A stretch of DNA of 64,000 nt from Lama glama. Its lineage: Eukaryota. Below are positions 13,620-27,200 of this stretch, one piece after another (position 1 is the first letter of the stretch; every line of letters starts with the position of its first letter). Where the stretch lies: contig CM052818.1 of assembly GCA_028534125.1 (NCBI GenBank), positions 11,720,001 to 11,784,000 on the forward strand. The letters are read 5' to 3'. Both the position numbers and the translations under genes were made by a program. Under the pieces are notes generated by a model that did not search any database, was not told where the DNA came from, and saw only the letters and a list, made by a program, of their open reading frames with translations.

Positions 13620-14370
13620 TCTTCTGCCCAATCCCATCAAGGCTCAGAAAATACTCTTGACATCTTCTCCACACCTTCAATCAATTACCAACACCTGTGT
13701 ATTCTATTTCCTAAATGCTTCTCAAATCTGTTCTCTTCTGTCTATCTCCACTACCAATATCCCAGTCCACGTCACTCTCATTTCTTACCTGAACTCTCTC
13801 AGGAGGCTTTAAACTGGCCTCTCTTCTTACACCCTACTCAGGACCAGTCAGAGCATTCCTAAACAATCGAGGCTCTCTGAACTTACTTGCTGCTCCAGGG
13901 AGAACTTCCAAAACTCTTCACATTGACCTCTAAGCCCTGCAGAATCTTGGCCCAACTCACTCTCTGGCTTTATTACAGTCCAACTTTGCTATTCATATTC
14001 CAACTTTTCCCACCTTTTTTTTCTGATCCTTCAATGTTCTCTTCTCCTTCCTGCCCTAAGGTTTTCCCTCTTCAGTGTTTTCAATCGCATACTCAGCTTG
14101 ACAGTCACTTTCTTAGAAAAGTGCATCTTGCTATCACCTACATGGGATCAAGTCCTATGTGTGCCATATACCCAGACGCTGTATAATTATTGGAATTCTA
14201 GTTCTCTGTTTCTATGTCCATTACTCCTGCCTTCCTTCCCTACATGACCCTTCCCTCAAAAACACACTGTTTATCAGGGCAGTGACCATGGAGGTCTTGT
14301 TTTCTACTGAATCTCTAGCCCCTCAAACAAGCCATGTTACATAATAAAAGTGCCCACTGAACAGCTGAAT
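13620..14370 (+). mobile_element. L2 LINE fragment
   Basis: Sense L2 motifs (aatcaattaccaacacctgtgtattctatttcctaaatgcttctcaaatc; tctccactacc) and a 3'-end-like tail. Confidence 0.65.
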
Positions 14371-15299
14371 AGCCCCACTTCTAGGGGAAAAAGATGTTCT
14401 ATAGTTTTGGTGCTGGGATCCAAGGACGGCTCCACTGAAGAATAAACCAGCGTCAAAAGCAGCAGGAATGAAACCATCTCCTCTGGAAGGAACTTGCCCT
14501 TGTTTAGCTCAAACATCTTATTTAGAGTATCGGTAAGATGGGAGTACAAAAGCTACTGGACATGTTCACAATGTTGTAGGGACATTCTCATAAAACAATT
14601 TTGATGAAAACACTTTCTAAACTATAAAGAGCTATATTATACAAATGTAAGCTATTACTGGGAGATGTGTGTATATGTGTGTATAAATGTTGATTTGAAG
14701 ATGTATTTAGATAAAATTATAAATATTTATATTTCCCCAACTGTGCTGTGATTTTCCTAAGGGTAGCAATTGTGTCTTCTTTCAGTGAAGTAGAAGTTAT
14801 CTTTGTTTTTTAAAGCTGGAACAAGTACTGTCTTCTTTTCTAAATTTTACCCAGTAATGGGTACACAATGGTTGCCGACAAATGCTTCATGAATGAGGAG
14901 TTCAGTGGTCTTTAATAATCAAGGAACAAAAGTTATGCATGGTGACAGGCTCTGTAAGGAATTGCTAATAAGCAAATTACACACAGCTTCTCCTGGGAAA
15001 GCTTGTGCATCACTCGGTACTTGCATTCAAACACATTCACAGATAGTGGTGGCGGGTCTAAGTGTTAAATACTCGTGATTTATATAAGACTTGAGGGGAA
15101 GGGGCTTATCTCTGTATTTTCCTTACAAAGGAGCCAGTTAAGGAGCAATTTTTTCCTTGCTGATCGGGATTAAAATTTACAGATTCAGCAACAGAAATAT
15201 GACAAAATTATCTAGCCACTTATTTCAGAATGAATTCTTAAATTTACTGCTTTTAAGATCCAAAATTGAAAAAAAATAATTTTTCTTGCATACAATCAA

Positions 15300-16880
15300 A
15301 AAATTAGGTATGTTAATATAAATGGTAAAAAAAATAACAGAGAAGGAAAATTAAGAACAATATAAACCACTGTAATAAAAATAGTATGGTACTGGCATAG
15401 GAATAGTCAAAAACATTAGTGGAACACATTAGAGAAAACAGAAAAAGTCAACAGCAAGAATTTAATAAACAGAAAGATGAGATTTCAATCAAGTAAAGAA
15501 AGGATAATTTATTAAAACATAACAATGATACCAGTGGTTATCTCTCTGAGAGAAAAACCTCACAAACTAAAATTTTTTGCTTAAAAATTTAAATGTAAAC
15601 CTAAACCAATAAAAATTTTAGAAGAAACTTCAGGAGACTGAATTTCCAACCCAGAGATGAAAGCAGGGAGAGATATATCTGAACATGTAAAAAGTACTAC
15701 ATTTTGTAGGACAAATGATTCAACAAACAAAATTTATTGGCAGATAATATAGCGAGGATGATTCTGCAATCCAAATGATATAAAAAATTTTAAATCTAGA
15801 ATCCACAAACAGCTTTTCAGATTGATAACAAAAAGGTGTACCACCCATGCTGATGTACCTTGAAAACATTATGCTACATGAAAGAAGCCAGACACGAAAG
15901 GTCACATACTGCATGATTCCATTTATAGGAAATATCCAGAATAGGTAAATCCACAGAGACAGAAAGCAGCTTGGTGGTTGCCAGAGGCTAGAGGTGGAGG
16001 AAGGAAATGTGGAATAATTGCTTAATAGGTATGGGGTTTTCCTTTGGGGCAATAAAAATATTTCGGAACTAGACAGAGATGTGGTCATGCAACACTGTGA
16101 ATGTACTAAATGCCAATGAATTGTTTGTTTTAAAATGGTTATTTTTATGTTACGTGAATTTCACCTCAATTAAAAAATATTATCCAATAGAGGTACAAAC
16201 CATTTGAATAGCCATTTCACATAAGAGTACATTCTAATGCCCAATAAACTTATTAAAAGATGTTCAGCCTCCCTAGCAGACAGGAAAATGTAAATTCCAC
16301 GAGACAGTTTATGTCCATCAGATTAGAAAGAAATTAAACAAAGAAGTAGCACCTACTTTTGGTGAGGATTCAGAAAAATGGTTACCTTTAATAACCAGCT
16401 GCTGGAAATGTCAGTTGTTAAAGAACTTTCTGAAAGTAACCTAGACAGATCTATAAAAATTAAAAATTGTATATACCCTAGTCCCAGGAATCCTATTCCT
16501 GGGAATCAATCTCAAAAATAAAAGCATCAGTAGGTAATAGGTATTTTACAGAAACACAAAGAATTGGAAACAAAGAAAATGCCTTTAATAGGGAAATGGT
16601 TGAAGATTAACTGAATTGGAGGGAGGTTTTTTCCCCCAGTGTCAAGTGACAACATGCAGAGAAGTCTATACAGTGTGATCCCATTTTCTAAAGCAAAGGA
16701 AATATCTATGTTTATATACAAACTCAGAGAAAGTCATGGCACATACACACAGGTAATTACCATTAGTGACAGAGGAGGGAAGTGGGGTACAGATGGTCCC
16801 ACGACAAGAAGGGGAGAGGGAGACACAAAGAGGAAGAAAAAAAACTGCCTTATTATTTATAGACTCTCTTTAAGCAAGTA
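15300..16880 (+). mobile_element. Old L1 (L1ME-type) ORF2/3' fragment with a nested younger L1
   Basis: L1 ORF2 motifs (aatagtatggtactggcatagg; aatgtaaacctaaacc...tagaagaaa; aaaagatgttcagcctccctag; ttggtgaggat). Confidence 0.7.
15850..16178 (+). mobile_element. L1MB-type 3' UTR nested in an older L1
   Basis: ccttgaaaacattatgcta...gaaagaagccagacacgaaaggtcacatactgcatgattccatttata...ttatgttacgtgaatttcacctcaattaaaaaa. Confidence 0.85.
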
Positions 16881-17049
16881 TAAAATAAAAACCTAACCTT
16901 TCAACAATAAAGGCCCTGAAACTAGGAGACTCCCAGCTCCATCTGAGTGGAACAAGCCTAATCGGGGACACCTGCAAAGGCTCCCAGTCTATCAGAACGC
17001 CTCCCTTGGCCACAGTGACGAAGGACGCAAGGGTTATACCCTGTCTTTG

Positions 17050-17285
17050 GTGTCAGAAGCCACTGTACATCTAGGGTATTTAAATGAGGGCACCTTCCCT
17101 TATTAGCAATAGGACTTTGGGCAAGTTATTTAAATTATTTAACCCAAAGTTTCTTCATTTAAACATCTATACAGTTGGAATAATAGTATCTGATAGGGCT
17201 GTTGTGAGAATTAAGTGAGACAGGGCAAGTAAAAGTCTTATCACAGTGCCTGGCCTTAGTGAGCTCTCGGTAAAGGGAAGCCAGT
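17050..17285 (+). mobile_element. MIR SINE
   Basis: actttgggcaagttatttaa...tagggctgttgtgagaattaagtgaga...cacagtgcctggc. Confidence 0.8.
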
Positions 17286-17569
17286 AGAAGTGAAGCAAGA
17301 TCCCCAAACGATAGAAAACTCCAAACCCAACACTCTCCCCGTTCCTGTGCTGGCCTTCTGCTACTGAAATGTGAGAGGCTTTCCTAATAAAAAATGCACA
17401 AAATAGATATAGGCACTCTTTCTGCTATGCATGAACAAGTATTAAAATATTTCTCCCTAGAAAAATGCAATAGAATTATATTCTCAATAATTCCAGAATG
17501 AGAGCATTTTTCAAGTTTTGTGTCTCCTTTTTTCAAGTAAGGGTCTCCCCTCCTATAAAACGGATGTAA

Positions 17570-18275
17570 GAATAGTAATTGATATCACTGCTCTAAACCT
17601 GTGGAGACTTACATCTCACTAAGAGGAAGAGTCCATATGACAGCTTTTAAGACTAGTCCTACAGACTTGGGCTCATTACCTTTCTAACCTCATATGTGAC
17701 TGGTCCCTCTCAATCGAATCTTTTTGCTTCGGCCACAGTCCCCGCCTTGTATCTGGCCCTCTGCCCCAGGATCTTTACACTTGCTCTGCTTTGGCCTAGA
17801 ATGCTCATCCCCCAAATATCCATGGGGTTCCTTCCTTCACTTCTTTCAGGTCTTTATTTAAAAGTCACCCTCTTATTCCTTGACCTTCCTATCAATCTCA
17901 AACTTCAACTAAACAAACAAACAAACAAACAAAAAAGACAAGACTGTCTCTAATTAAATAACACAGATGAAACAAAATGTCATGTTCAGATATCTCTCTC
18001 TTTGCTTCAATCTCTGGGTTGGAAATTCAGTCTCCTGAAATTTCTTCTAATATTTTTATTGGTTTAGGTTTACATTTTTCTGTTTTCTCTAGTGTGTTCC
18101 ACTGATGTTTTTGACTATTCCTATAGTCCTGCTTTCCCTTCCTGAATGTGAGTTATTATCTGTATTCCCCACTACCCTAATGTAAGGTATGGCTTTTTGC
18201 GTATTCCCTTCTAGTACCTACATAGATAAGTGGCACCTCCAGGCACTTCATAAGTATTTATTTAATGAATGAGAG
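17570..18275 (+). mobile_element. L2 3' fragment interrupted by an (AAAC)n tract and a templated insertion
   Basis: cttcacttctttcaggtctttatttaaaagtcaccct lies before the insert, and the L2 terminus taagtatttatttaatgaatga lies after it. Confidence 0.7.
17938..18124. repeat. Mosaic local duplication: direct copy of 18675-18721 plus inverted copies of 15591-15687 and 15397-15446
   Basis: Manual alignment gives about 3/47, 7/97 and 2/50 mismatches respectively. Confidence 0.92.
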
Positions 18276-20317
18276 GCATTGTTTTAAAATTTCATTATGA
18301 TAATAGACATTACATGCATACATAGACACACACAACATTTACATACACACAGAAACACATACCTATAACAATCCACATTAATACTTAAATTAAATGTGAA
18401 GAATAACTTGACAAATTTAAAAGGAAGATATTTTTAAACAAATTTATTGAATTAAAAAAAAACAAGATCCTCTTTTCAGACTTAAACAAATACATCAAAG
18501 ATTTCAAATTGCTGGTTTACGTAAGATGAATCAGTCAACCAGGAGAGTGGAAAATAATCTTTATATTGTTGAGATCACCAGATGGAATTGGTATTTGTAG
18601 AATATAGGTGTTTATGGGATTGAACTTTAGGATAAGAAACACCATTTGATTCTAGAGGAGGAGTCCTTAATAATACAAGACTATCTCTAATTATATAACA
18701 AAGATGAAACAAAATGTCATGAGCAAAAGGCGTCCTCTTAGTCCTGAACTTCAGATTCTACCACAGGATAATTACTGTTGCCCCATGGCTACCACTTAGT
18801 ACACCCTTTGGGTCACAGCTGTAGAAGGGATGGCAGGCAGGCGTCTCTCACAGAGACTCATTGGTGGCACTGCCACACTGGAATGAGACAAAAGTTAATT
18901 CCCAGTGAGACCTGAAATCTTGACCACCGTGAAAGCACACTCATTAAAAGAGGAAGGAGATTACACTGATAGGAATTCATATTTTCATAGGTTTCAGGTG
19001 AGATATTTTCCTTACCATTAGATGTAAGAAAACATGAGATCTTATGAGGATTTTTTTTTAAAATAAGGCCATGTCCTTAATTCAACACACGCGAATTGGA
19101 AGAAGCTCTCTCAGGCCAAGCCAACAGAAGGATCTCTGACTGTTCGCCCAGCAGCCACTCAGCACCCAGTCCTTTGCTGACTGCTGGCAAGGAAACAAAA
19201 GAAACTTCTGACATGATCCTTTCCTTCAAGAGGACTGCGATCTATGTAGCTGGGAAGGTAAGAGCTGTATCCAGGAAGTAAGTCGAGAATAATTAAGTAA
19301 ACATTGCCAGTACAGTTACAGGAGAGCAGATGCTGTAGGGAGCAGATCTCCATGGAGAAGGTGTGCTCTGAACTGAGCCTTAGAAAGGAGGGTGAGATCG
19401 GAGAGGCAAAGAGCTGGCAGGGGCCACAAACAGGGAGGCCCTGGAGGAGGCAGTGAGCACGCCACATGGAAGGGGCCAGGGAACGAGGCAGGACAAAACC
19501 CAGACAGCGGAGCTGGACCATGCGCTGATCAAACAGAGAAACACTATGGCCGAAATGTGATCCTCTGCCTTCCTGTTCCACAGCCACTTCTCTTCATGAG
19601 ACACAGATCTCGGACTTCTTTACTTAGAGAGGAGAGCTATTTGTCTTTTCCAAATCCTCTGAAAACTGCCCAAATGGGCCATTTTGCTAAGCCTATTACA
19701 ACAAAAACATGCTTCTTCAAAGCATAGTGAATTCCGCTGTTTGTATTTGTGTGCATTATAACAAGCTTCTCCCTTCTCTTAGCTGTGGCCCATTTCACCT
19801 CACACAGTCAACAGAAACAAAGCTCATCAGTGATGCCAGGGCTGCAACCTTTGAGCCAATCCCGACTCAGATATAGGGTGTTAGAGCCTAAATCCCTCCC
19901 TGAGATCAGGGCCCCTCGGGTTTTCCCCTGACGTTCAGCCTATCTCCCCAAACCTACGATGTTTGTCCAGACCGTACAACCATCCTTCTACCTCGCTTTC
20001 CAAAAGGTATTCCAGCTCATTGGTCTCTTCTCTGCTGGGGCTGGAGCCCTGCCCTGAACTTCAGCTCATCTGCTTGGGGCTGGGACCTGGTTCTCTGCCC
20101 AATATTCTGCCCCTGGTGCCTGGACTCTTCTCTACTCATACTCCCTCTTTCAGCACAGCTGGATCTTTCTGGAACAATGATAACTGCATGTATTGCCATT
20201 CATATGACGTATGCCAGAGATTCCTGTTCCATAGCCTCCCATCCAACAGACTGGATCCCATGGGTATCCTTGGCAGGCGGGATGTTTGGATTCCAGTTGG
20301 ACAGGTGGCCTGACCTA

Positions 20318-20696
20318 TGTGGTAAGCCCTACGATGTGCCTTCCAGAACCTCCTTTAATAAAGGACAAGAAGTCCTAGCTGCTGGGCATGCTGTCAGCCC
20401 TTTCAGGGATTATCCCACCTGCAAAGAGCAGCGTCACTCAAGTTCACTCCCCTTCTTGGAGCTGTCTGCATACAGTGACTGATCACTGTTAGACAAAAAT
20501 ATCTGGCCACCCTGCTCCAATTCTGAGACGCCATCCTACCTGTATTCATCTATCCTCTCTATTAAGTCATCCTAAGTAGATGTAATGCCTGGATACAGCT
20601 TGACCTTTCCTTCAGCTTAGTCCTGACTGCACATAAACACCTCATACATGAAACACTGTCTCAGAGTCCGCATCTCGGGAAACCCAATTTATAGCA
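20318..20696 (+). mobile_element. LTR16A-like ERVL LTR
   Basis: TG...CA ends. ctagctgctgggcatgctgtcagccctttcagggatt, agtgactgatca and tgtctcagagtccgcatctcgggaaacccaa match the recalled LTR16A. Confidence 0.75.
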
Positions 20697-21088
20697 CACA
20701 GTGCCTGGGTTTCTCCCCTCAGCACAAGCCCTTTTCACTTCAGTTCATAAGTAAAGCATGCCTTCCAGTGGAGGTCATGGCAATTTCACAGTTAAATTTG
20801 GGGGTACTATTTTTTTAGTACAATTACCCATAGAAGTCATTGTTTTCCTCAAAATTGCAAATCTAGAAATGGTCATAAGCTGATCATTTGAAGATTGCTA
20901 TAATTTCAAGTACCTTAAAATCCCCAAATAAAGATTTTGATAAAGATTATGTTTTATAGTTGCATGATTTTAGCCTATTTGTTTACTGTGATTGAACCCA
21001 AAGATGAAAGACTCAATGATACTTAGCTTGGAGTAGGGGCCGTTTATTTCTCTCCCTTACATCAGATACAGCAGTGCTCACTGGCAAT

Positions 21089-21835
21089 CATATGGTTCTC
21101 AATGGAAAACCTTCGGAGTCATTTTGGAAAATGTGGGGACATTTTTGGTAATTATAATGATGGAGAAAGTCCTTTTGGCATTTAGTGGGTGGAAGCCAGG
21201 GATGCTAAGCATCTTGCAATAAGTGAGTCAACCCAATTAACAACGAAAAACTGACCTACATCCTGAATAATTTTCTATTGTCTTGCAGAACATTCACACA
21301 GCTGAAGACCCATTGTAAATATTTAAGCCTAGGGTATAACTCCATTTTACACAGAAAAACAAAGTATTTCTTCCACAAATTTAACAGAAACTGAATTTTC
21401 TGAGAATGCAACTACCACGTCATCAAGGGAAGATTATGTACTGTTTTGTTCGTAACTTTACCAAGAGTTATTCATGGTTTGGTAATGCATGTCACAGATG
21501 GCAAAGCCACTCCTGTGTCTGAGTACCCAACACGTCACAGCCCTCAGCAGAAGTCAGCCCTGGCGACCACACGCGGGCAGGCTTCTGCCAACCTTGTTCT
21601 ACATTCTGGTGTCACCCTGCCTAGTGTTCACATCCTGAGACACATATTACATAATTGTAAATCCTGCTCCTTTTCTTTCTTCTTTAAATTACAATTGGGG
21701 AATTACGTTGCTTTAAAAAAAAGTATCTGTGTAATAAGTTATAGTAAATATGAATTTCACCTCTGGACAATAAGGAAAGTTATAAAATGTTTACAATAAA
21801 GAGATTATTGACTCAGATAAGGTTGAGAAACATCC
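21089..21835 (+). mobile_element. MER20B-like hAT-Charlie DNA transposon
   Basis: Starts tggttctcaa, has the MER20 body ggggacatttttgg...tggcatttagtgggtggaagccagggatgctaa, and ends aggttgagaaac; ~750 bp. Confidence 0.75.
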
Positions 21836-21884
21836 ATGCAGAATATTTTCCCAGTTGATAAGTAAGTCAATTTATAGCTTTTTT

Positions 21885-22088
21885 TTTTGATATACAAAAA
21901 GCTGTACATATATAATGTACACAACTTAACTAGTCGGGGGTAAGTACTCACCTATGAAACCACCACCACACTCTATGCCATAAACATATCCAACACTCAA
22001 AGTTTCCTACCAACCTCTCTATTCACGATTATTATTTTTTTAACTGATAAGAATACTTTACAAAAGACCTGCACTCAGCATCATTTTA
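21885..22088 (-). mobile_element. L1MA-type 3' end
   Basis: A T-run followed by gatatacaaaaagctgtacatatataatgtacacaactt...cacctatgaaaccaccaccac...ataaacatatcc. Confidence 0.7.
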
Positions 22089-23729
22089 ATAAAGCTTTTT
22101 AAGTACAGAAAATGCAACACTGTGATCACAAAATATTGGCCTTAGAAAATACCCATGACTACTGTTCATATTTCAACTCACAGAAATTAAAACATGATAA
22201 TAAGCTACACAAGTGAAACAGACTTAAAAGCATCTACAAAATAGTCTTTGTCACTTTTTTCTCCGTTCATATATTCTTAGGAGGCAAAGGTATCTCTCCA
22301 TAGAGTCGTTTTATGTCTGAGTCTTTTTAATCAGAAATTTACAATCTAGAAAATGTTTTTTAAAAGACATTAGTAACCTAAACCTTATGCTGTACCATCA
22401 GCCCAATGATTTTTATCTCAGAAGTTATTTGGTAAGACTAATTCCAAAGTAAACAGAAATACTATCTGTCATTACCAAGTCCTTGAGAACATGAAAAGAG
22501 GTGCAGCCCAAAGATTTCCCTATCAGATTACATTACTTATACTACTCATAAAAAGTCAGTAAGAATAGCATAAAATTAAAAGTTGCGTGCTTGCTCTTAC
22601 TGTGCCCAAGAGCTTTGTTGTAAAATAAAACATTTCTTTCTATGCTATCAATTTTAGTTAATATATAATAATCATTTAAAAGTCCCTTTAAACAATAGCT
22701 ATCATATCTTTTAATTAAAATAATATTTCTGGAAGTTTAAAGTATTTTTTTCTTTAAAAAAAACCTCTGACATTTGCAGTGTTTATTGCAATTTTAGAAA
22801 TGAGGTTAGGAAGGCTGCCCTGGTCATTAAAAAGCAAAACAAAGCAATAACAAAACACAAAGGCAGAACTAGAGACCATCCAGGCCCTGTTCAGGCAACT
22901 CACTTGACTTGTTCTCATTACAGCTTCCGAAAAATTAAGAAACATGGTGCTTGAAAAGTAGTAGCATTTTGGTATAAAATTCAAAAAGAAAGAAAAGTTA
23001 ATGGCAGATGAAAAACTACATAAAAAGAGATGTTGCAAAGATATTTGAACAAGAACAATTTCACCCACCTAGAAAGCTTCTTGTAGTCTCACCATGACAC
23101 TGTTAAGCCCAGAATAATCCACAGTTGCAGTACTGTCTGACAACGTATATGCGATCATTTGATACATTCCTCTTTGTTCTTCCTTTTGTACCCAGGAGAG
23201 TGCTGGTACGTGTGAAGAGGAGACCCAGCCCTTGGAGACACCCTGTTACTCTTGATGACCTACTATTCTCCCTTAGAAGCAGAATTGTTTCTGATGCCGT
23301 ACAAAAGTATTTTAATCTCACTTTGACATTGATCACAGACTTTTTCTTCAATAAATCATAGAGGAAAACACTAATTATTCTTACAATACTAGGATTCCCT
23401 ACTCCAGGTCCTCCATTGTGAGTATTCAAACACAACCCTTCTATCCCTGTAAGTTCTATCAAACTCCCCTCCCTACACACAGACACACCCCTTCTTTCCT
23501 ACCTTCACTAAGAGAAAGTATTATTCAAGCGTCAATACACGGCTTTCATTAAATTATGTTATTCTTCCTTTCTTTAAGGAAGAATAGATCCACTCGAGTA
23601 CTCAGCAATCAGAGGCAAAGCTTGTTGGTTTATACATTTTATTAAAAGTTCTACCTGCTTTCCACAGTTCTTAATATTCTCTAAAAGGGGATGGGAGCTG
23701 ATTAAAGCAAAAGAATGGTTCAACACTCA

Positions 23730-24280
23730 TACATTATTAAACAAATATTTCTGGAGCATGTACTAGGTGCCAGGAACTCTGGTTATTATTACTTGACTCA
23801 TATTGCAAAGGTGAGCAAAACCAGACTTAGTTCCTAGCCTCACAGACACTGACCAACTAATTAAACAAATAAAGGCACTACATAAACCATGGTATAAGGT
23901 GTCACCCTAAAGAACGAGTTGTGCTCTGGAGGAATCAGAGAAAGGTTTCCAGAGGAAGTGTAGAATGAATGGCCAACTAAGGTTAAGTAAGAGGTGACCG
24001 GGTAAATGGGGGGAGGGTGATGGAGGGATAGGGTTCCTTGCAGAAGAAAAAAAAAGAAAACACAATTTTCAATGATCACATCGTGGAAAAGAGAAAGGAC
24101 TGGCTGAAGAACTGGAAGATGTCCAGTGTGGCTAGAGGGCAGCACGTGAGTCGGGGTGATGAAACTGGAGGCTGATTAACTGGAGGTCAGATCACACAAA
24201 GCCATAAGGGGCTGGGAAAGGAGGCTTTTGGTCTTTATTCTTAGAGCACCAGGAAGTCCCTAAAGAGTTTATCTACATGT
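23730..24280 (-). mobile_element. L2 fragment
   Basis: aacaaatatttctggagcatgtactaggtgccaggaactct; ggaatcagagaaaggtttccagaggaagtg. Confidence 0.7.
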
Positions 24281-27200
24281 AAATGATAAAAGAGTCGCTT
24301 AAGCGGAAAAAAATCTGCCCAACTTATGAAAGTAATTAGAAATATGACTTTTAAAAATATTCTATAGATAAATGCAAGTTAATCTTTGTTGGAAAACTTA
24401 ATAATTATCTACCTAATCATCACACTTTACAGTTCAGTGTCAACAGCCATGATCCCACAGACTAAAGAGAGAAAAAAGAAAGACAAATGAAAAAAAATCT
24501 GAATATAAGTATGTAAATTGAATTAACTGAATTAAGGAATATATTATACATAATATACATAAAATACGCATGTGCACTTTACATTAATAATATAATAAAG
24601 GAAATTATTTAGTTTAACAAAAACTTACAATTCCACATAAAAATATAACAGAAACGTATAAAACCAAAAATTTCACACATTTATGAGCTAACACTCACTA
24701 CACAGGAGAGAATAGATGGCAGATTTGGAATCTCAGGGATTAAATCCATGAAATTTCTCCAAGTTTCCGATGTTATCACTTTTATCTTTATCTAGACCAG
24801 AATCGTTTATAGTAAGTAGCACAACTGAAATAGACTTATTTGTTGAGTGAATTAATGAACTTTCACAAATCTTTAATATACAATCAAGCGGTCTAGGTAA
24901 TTTAAAAATACCGTGCCTGTTTGTAACAGCTGCCGTTAATAACAAGTTGAAGGAGAAAAGCAACACACAAATGTTTGCCTTTTCTCTGCCTCTGAGCACA
25001 CTGGGAATCCACATTTAAGAAGGGAAGGAGGGAAGCTCAGTTTCATTCCACTATTGATCTATCAGACAAGAACTTAATCAATCTTCTTTATAAGCTATTA
25101 AAGCTGAGCTCGAGAAATGAACTCACCTGACGCATTCAACATTGATTGCCTCTTTCTAAGGACTGAATACGTCAGTCTTATCTGCTACTACAGCTGTGAT
25201 TCAATTTTTAAGGGGCAAGATTTTCCCTTCATTAATTTCCCCAAAATGCTCCAATTAAGAAAAAGCAGTTTTGATAGTGGTCCACAGTGAATGACAAAAA
25301 CAAAATGAAGACCATTACCCTCAATGTCAGTCCCAGCCTCCAGAGAAAACGAGAGACCAAAAGCATATGTTCATCAAAGGAAATGCAGCTAGTCCCACGC
25401 TCCTGCTCTAGCGTGAATTCTGAAGAATGCTCTGGCAGCATAAACTAATGTTGAGACCTTAAGCTCAAATAAATCTTGGAAATTCAAAGGGAAACTCAAG
25501 GCAGCTGTAAATCTGTCTTTACTGCATACACATTTCAGCCAGGGGCTTCTATATGTAGTATTAGGTTATGTGACATCCCATTCAGCATCTAACTACCTCA
25601 TAGAGGCAGAGGGGTCATTTTATACTTACAGGGCACCCCCAAAGTGCTAGATGCTATACACTGGGGGTGGGAGAAGGGGGGAGCATTTTCAGTTTATTAG
25701 GAAAGATTAATAGCACGAACCCTCCATGACCAAAGAGAGTCCCCTTCGGCTCAGCTCTCCGGTTTCCATTTCCTCTTTCTAGGTCCCCTAACAGTCAAGA
25801 AATTAAATACTAGGAGAAGCAGCAATAAAGAGTTGTCTCTACAGCTTTGCAAGGCTCTTGAGTGTATCTGCCCACTTCAGTATGGAAATATTGCCAGCTC
25901 TCTAATGTAATAGGAAGAACACTGCCCCTGGATTTGTTTGTTCTTGGCTTGTTTTCCTAGGGCAGATACTGGGCGAAAAAATATCGAGCCCCACCCGCAA
26001 CAGCTCCGTCACAGGCTTACGAGGTCTGAGTCTCACCAGTTCCCTAGTCTTACTCACCTGAATCCTTTCACAATACTCCTAATGAATTCACCCACAGGCA
26101 GGGATTGTAGCTCAGAGAAGCAGAGGGCCTAGGGAATCATTCCATGTCAGAACCATCTCCTGCACCCTCCCTCCCCGGGTTCTTCTGGAAGCTTCTCTAA
26201 AGCAGGGTAGGAAGGGATTAGATTGAGCCGGCACTAAGGAGCCAAACAGCCACCGGCTAGTTGAATTGCTTTCTCGGCGTCTTCATCCAGCCCCAGTGCC
26301 CTTCAGCCTCAGTCCCAGTAGAAGAATCAACCTCTCTGCTATTAAAGGTGCTATGAAACATGTGAATTCCCTTAGAAATCCAAGGAGTTAATGGCCTCAA
26401 TACTTCCAGAATACCTAATACAGTCAGGAAGATGGGATGCAGTATGGGGTCTAATGTTTATTTATTGCAAAAGTCAAGAATAGCTGGAAGTCCATTAAGA
26501 GGATGTTCAGCAGATTATATTAATTTGTAATTAATTTTCAGTGGTATTTATAAGAGAACCCTTTAATCAGCATAATTCAGGCTTTGAAAATTATAATATT
26601 AACTAATATTAATTAAATAATAATTTATAAATTTCAATCGTTTTAATTATCTTTTGATTAAATTACCTGTTAGTCAATTCCACACTGCTTTTGATATTAA
26701 TTAGCTAACTTAAACATGATCTACTGAAACTACTCCCCTGTGGATTAAGGCATATTGTCTAAACAGGTCAACACTGAGATACTTAAGTGTGACAATTTAG
26801 ATTGCCTGATTAGCAAAATTAATTGTTTAAGGCACTGGCTTTTTCATTCTCAATTTGCCAGCGGGTAAGGTCTTTAAAAGATGCCCTGGGTTTCCCTAAG
26901 CCCAAATTCTGAAGCATCCCACATTCTGTTCTTCCCCTTCTCCTCCCCCCCGCTCCTTCCTTCTCTATCCTGTTACGGAACATTCCAGTCTTCTGAGACC
27001 TAAATTAGTGTCAGCCTATTAATCAGCCAACAAAATATGTCAGAGGAAAATGAAGTTGCAACCCCACCTCCCCCTACAGGCAGATCGCCTGGCCCCTCTC
27101 TCAGCGTGCTGTCTCTGCCGGCAGATCTGGGAACTCAGGGCCACAGCCCAATTTAGGTCTCCTCTGTGCAGTGACAATCAGCCCAGACCTCATTTTTTTT

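Noticed and set aside
18188..18207. tatggcttttt, matching the 5' end of miR-135
   Set aside because: The match breaks after 11 nt, lies in L2, and has no complementary hairpin arm.
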